A stretch of DNA of 64,000 bases. Source: Eledone cirrhosa (lineage: Eukaryota). Below, one piece after another: positions 63,701-64,000 of the stretch (within the stretch, counting starts at the first letter, position 1; every line of letters begins with the position of its first letter). The stretch covers positions 15,004,001 to 15,068,000 of the forward strand of contig OZ024748.1 of assembly GCA_964016885.1 (NCBI GenBank). The letters are read 5' to 3'. Position numbers and translations under genes: made by a program. Below the pieces are notes generated by a model that did not search any database, was not told where the DNA came from, and saw only the letters and a program-made list of their open reading frames with translations.

Positions 63701-64000
63701 AAGACGTATCTGAAAAAATCCATTTTAGATGAAAGATAATAAAAACTGCAAAAAGGTGCAATTGAGATTTGAAATGCATTATCTGGTTATTCTTAGGTTT
63801 TAAAACTCTACAAAGCAGCTTTTATCTTTCTCCTCCTCCTCTTCATTCTCTCTAAGCAGGCTTTATTTTCAAAAGCAGTGAAAAACAAAGAAGTTTCAAT
63901 TTGGGCAAAATTACAGATCAAATGTATTTCTAAATATATACACATTGTAAATCAAAATTTGTATGTTTAATGTAAAAAGCTAGCTTAATTTTGAATTACT

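Noticed and set aside
232-63779. Dozens of ORFs rich in Y/I/C/V/H/T or homopolymeric amino acids
   Set aside because: They are translations of (TA)n, (CA)n, (GA)n and trinucleotide microsatellites, which lack stops by construction.
62872-63779. Long Cys/Val/Phe-rich ORFs resembling membrane or metallothionein-like proteins
   Set aside because: Open in several overlapping frames because the minus strand is nearly all T/G; low-complexity artefact.

Overview
Very AT-rich, microsatellite-dense eukaryotic (animal) genomic DNA. The mix of tRNA-derived SINEs, RTE LINE remnants and (TA)n/(CA)n/(CAT)n tracts resembles an octopod cephalopod genome (inference, not verified). I can support no host protein-coding gene, rRNA, true tRNA or CRISPR array. 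Almost all listed ORFs are read-throughs of simple repeats, so the window is probably intronic or intergenic. All recognisable coding sequence belongs to transposons: a decayed Penelope-like element (RT plus GIY-YIG, minus strand, ~38.5-41.4 kb) carrying an apparently intact type I hammerhead ribozyme in its terminal repeat, several 5'-truncated RTE-clade LINE ends, and a head-to-tail trio of internally deleted RTE elements, one with a 5' inversion (~61-62 kb). Also present are three SINE families, hAT-, Tc1/pogo- and TTAA-type MITEs, and several unusual minisatellites, some palindromic. I found no well-supported new biological system; the best leads concern retroelement mechanism and RNA structure. 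Coordinates were read by eye and boundaries are approximate.
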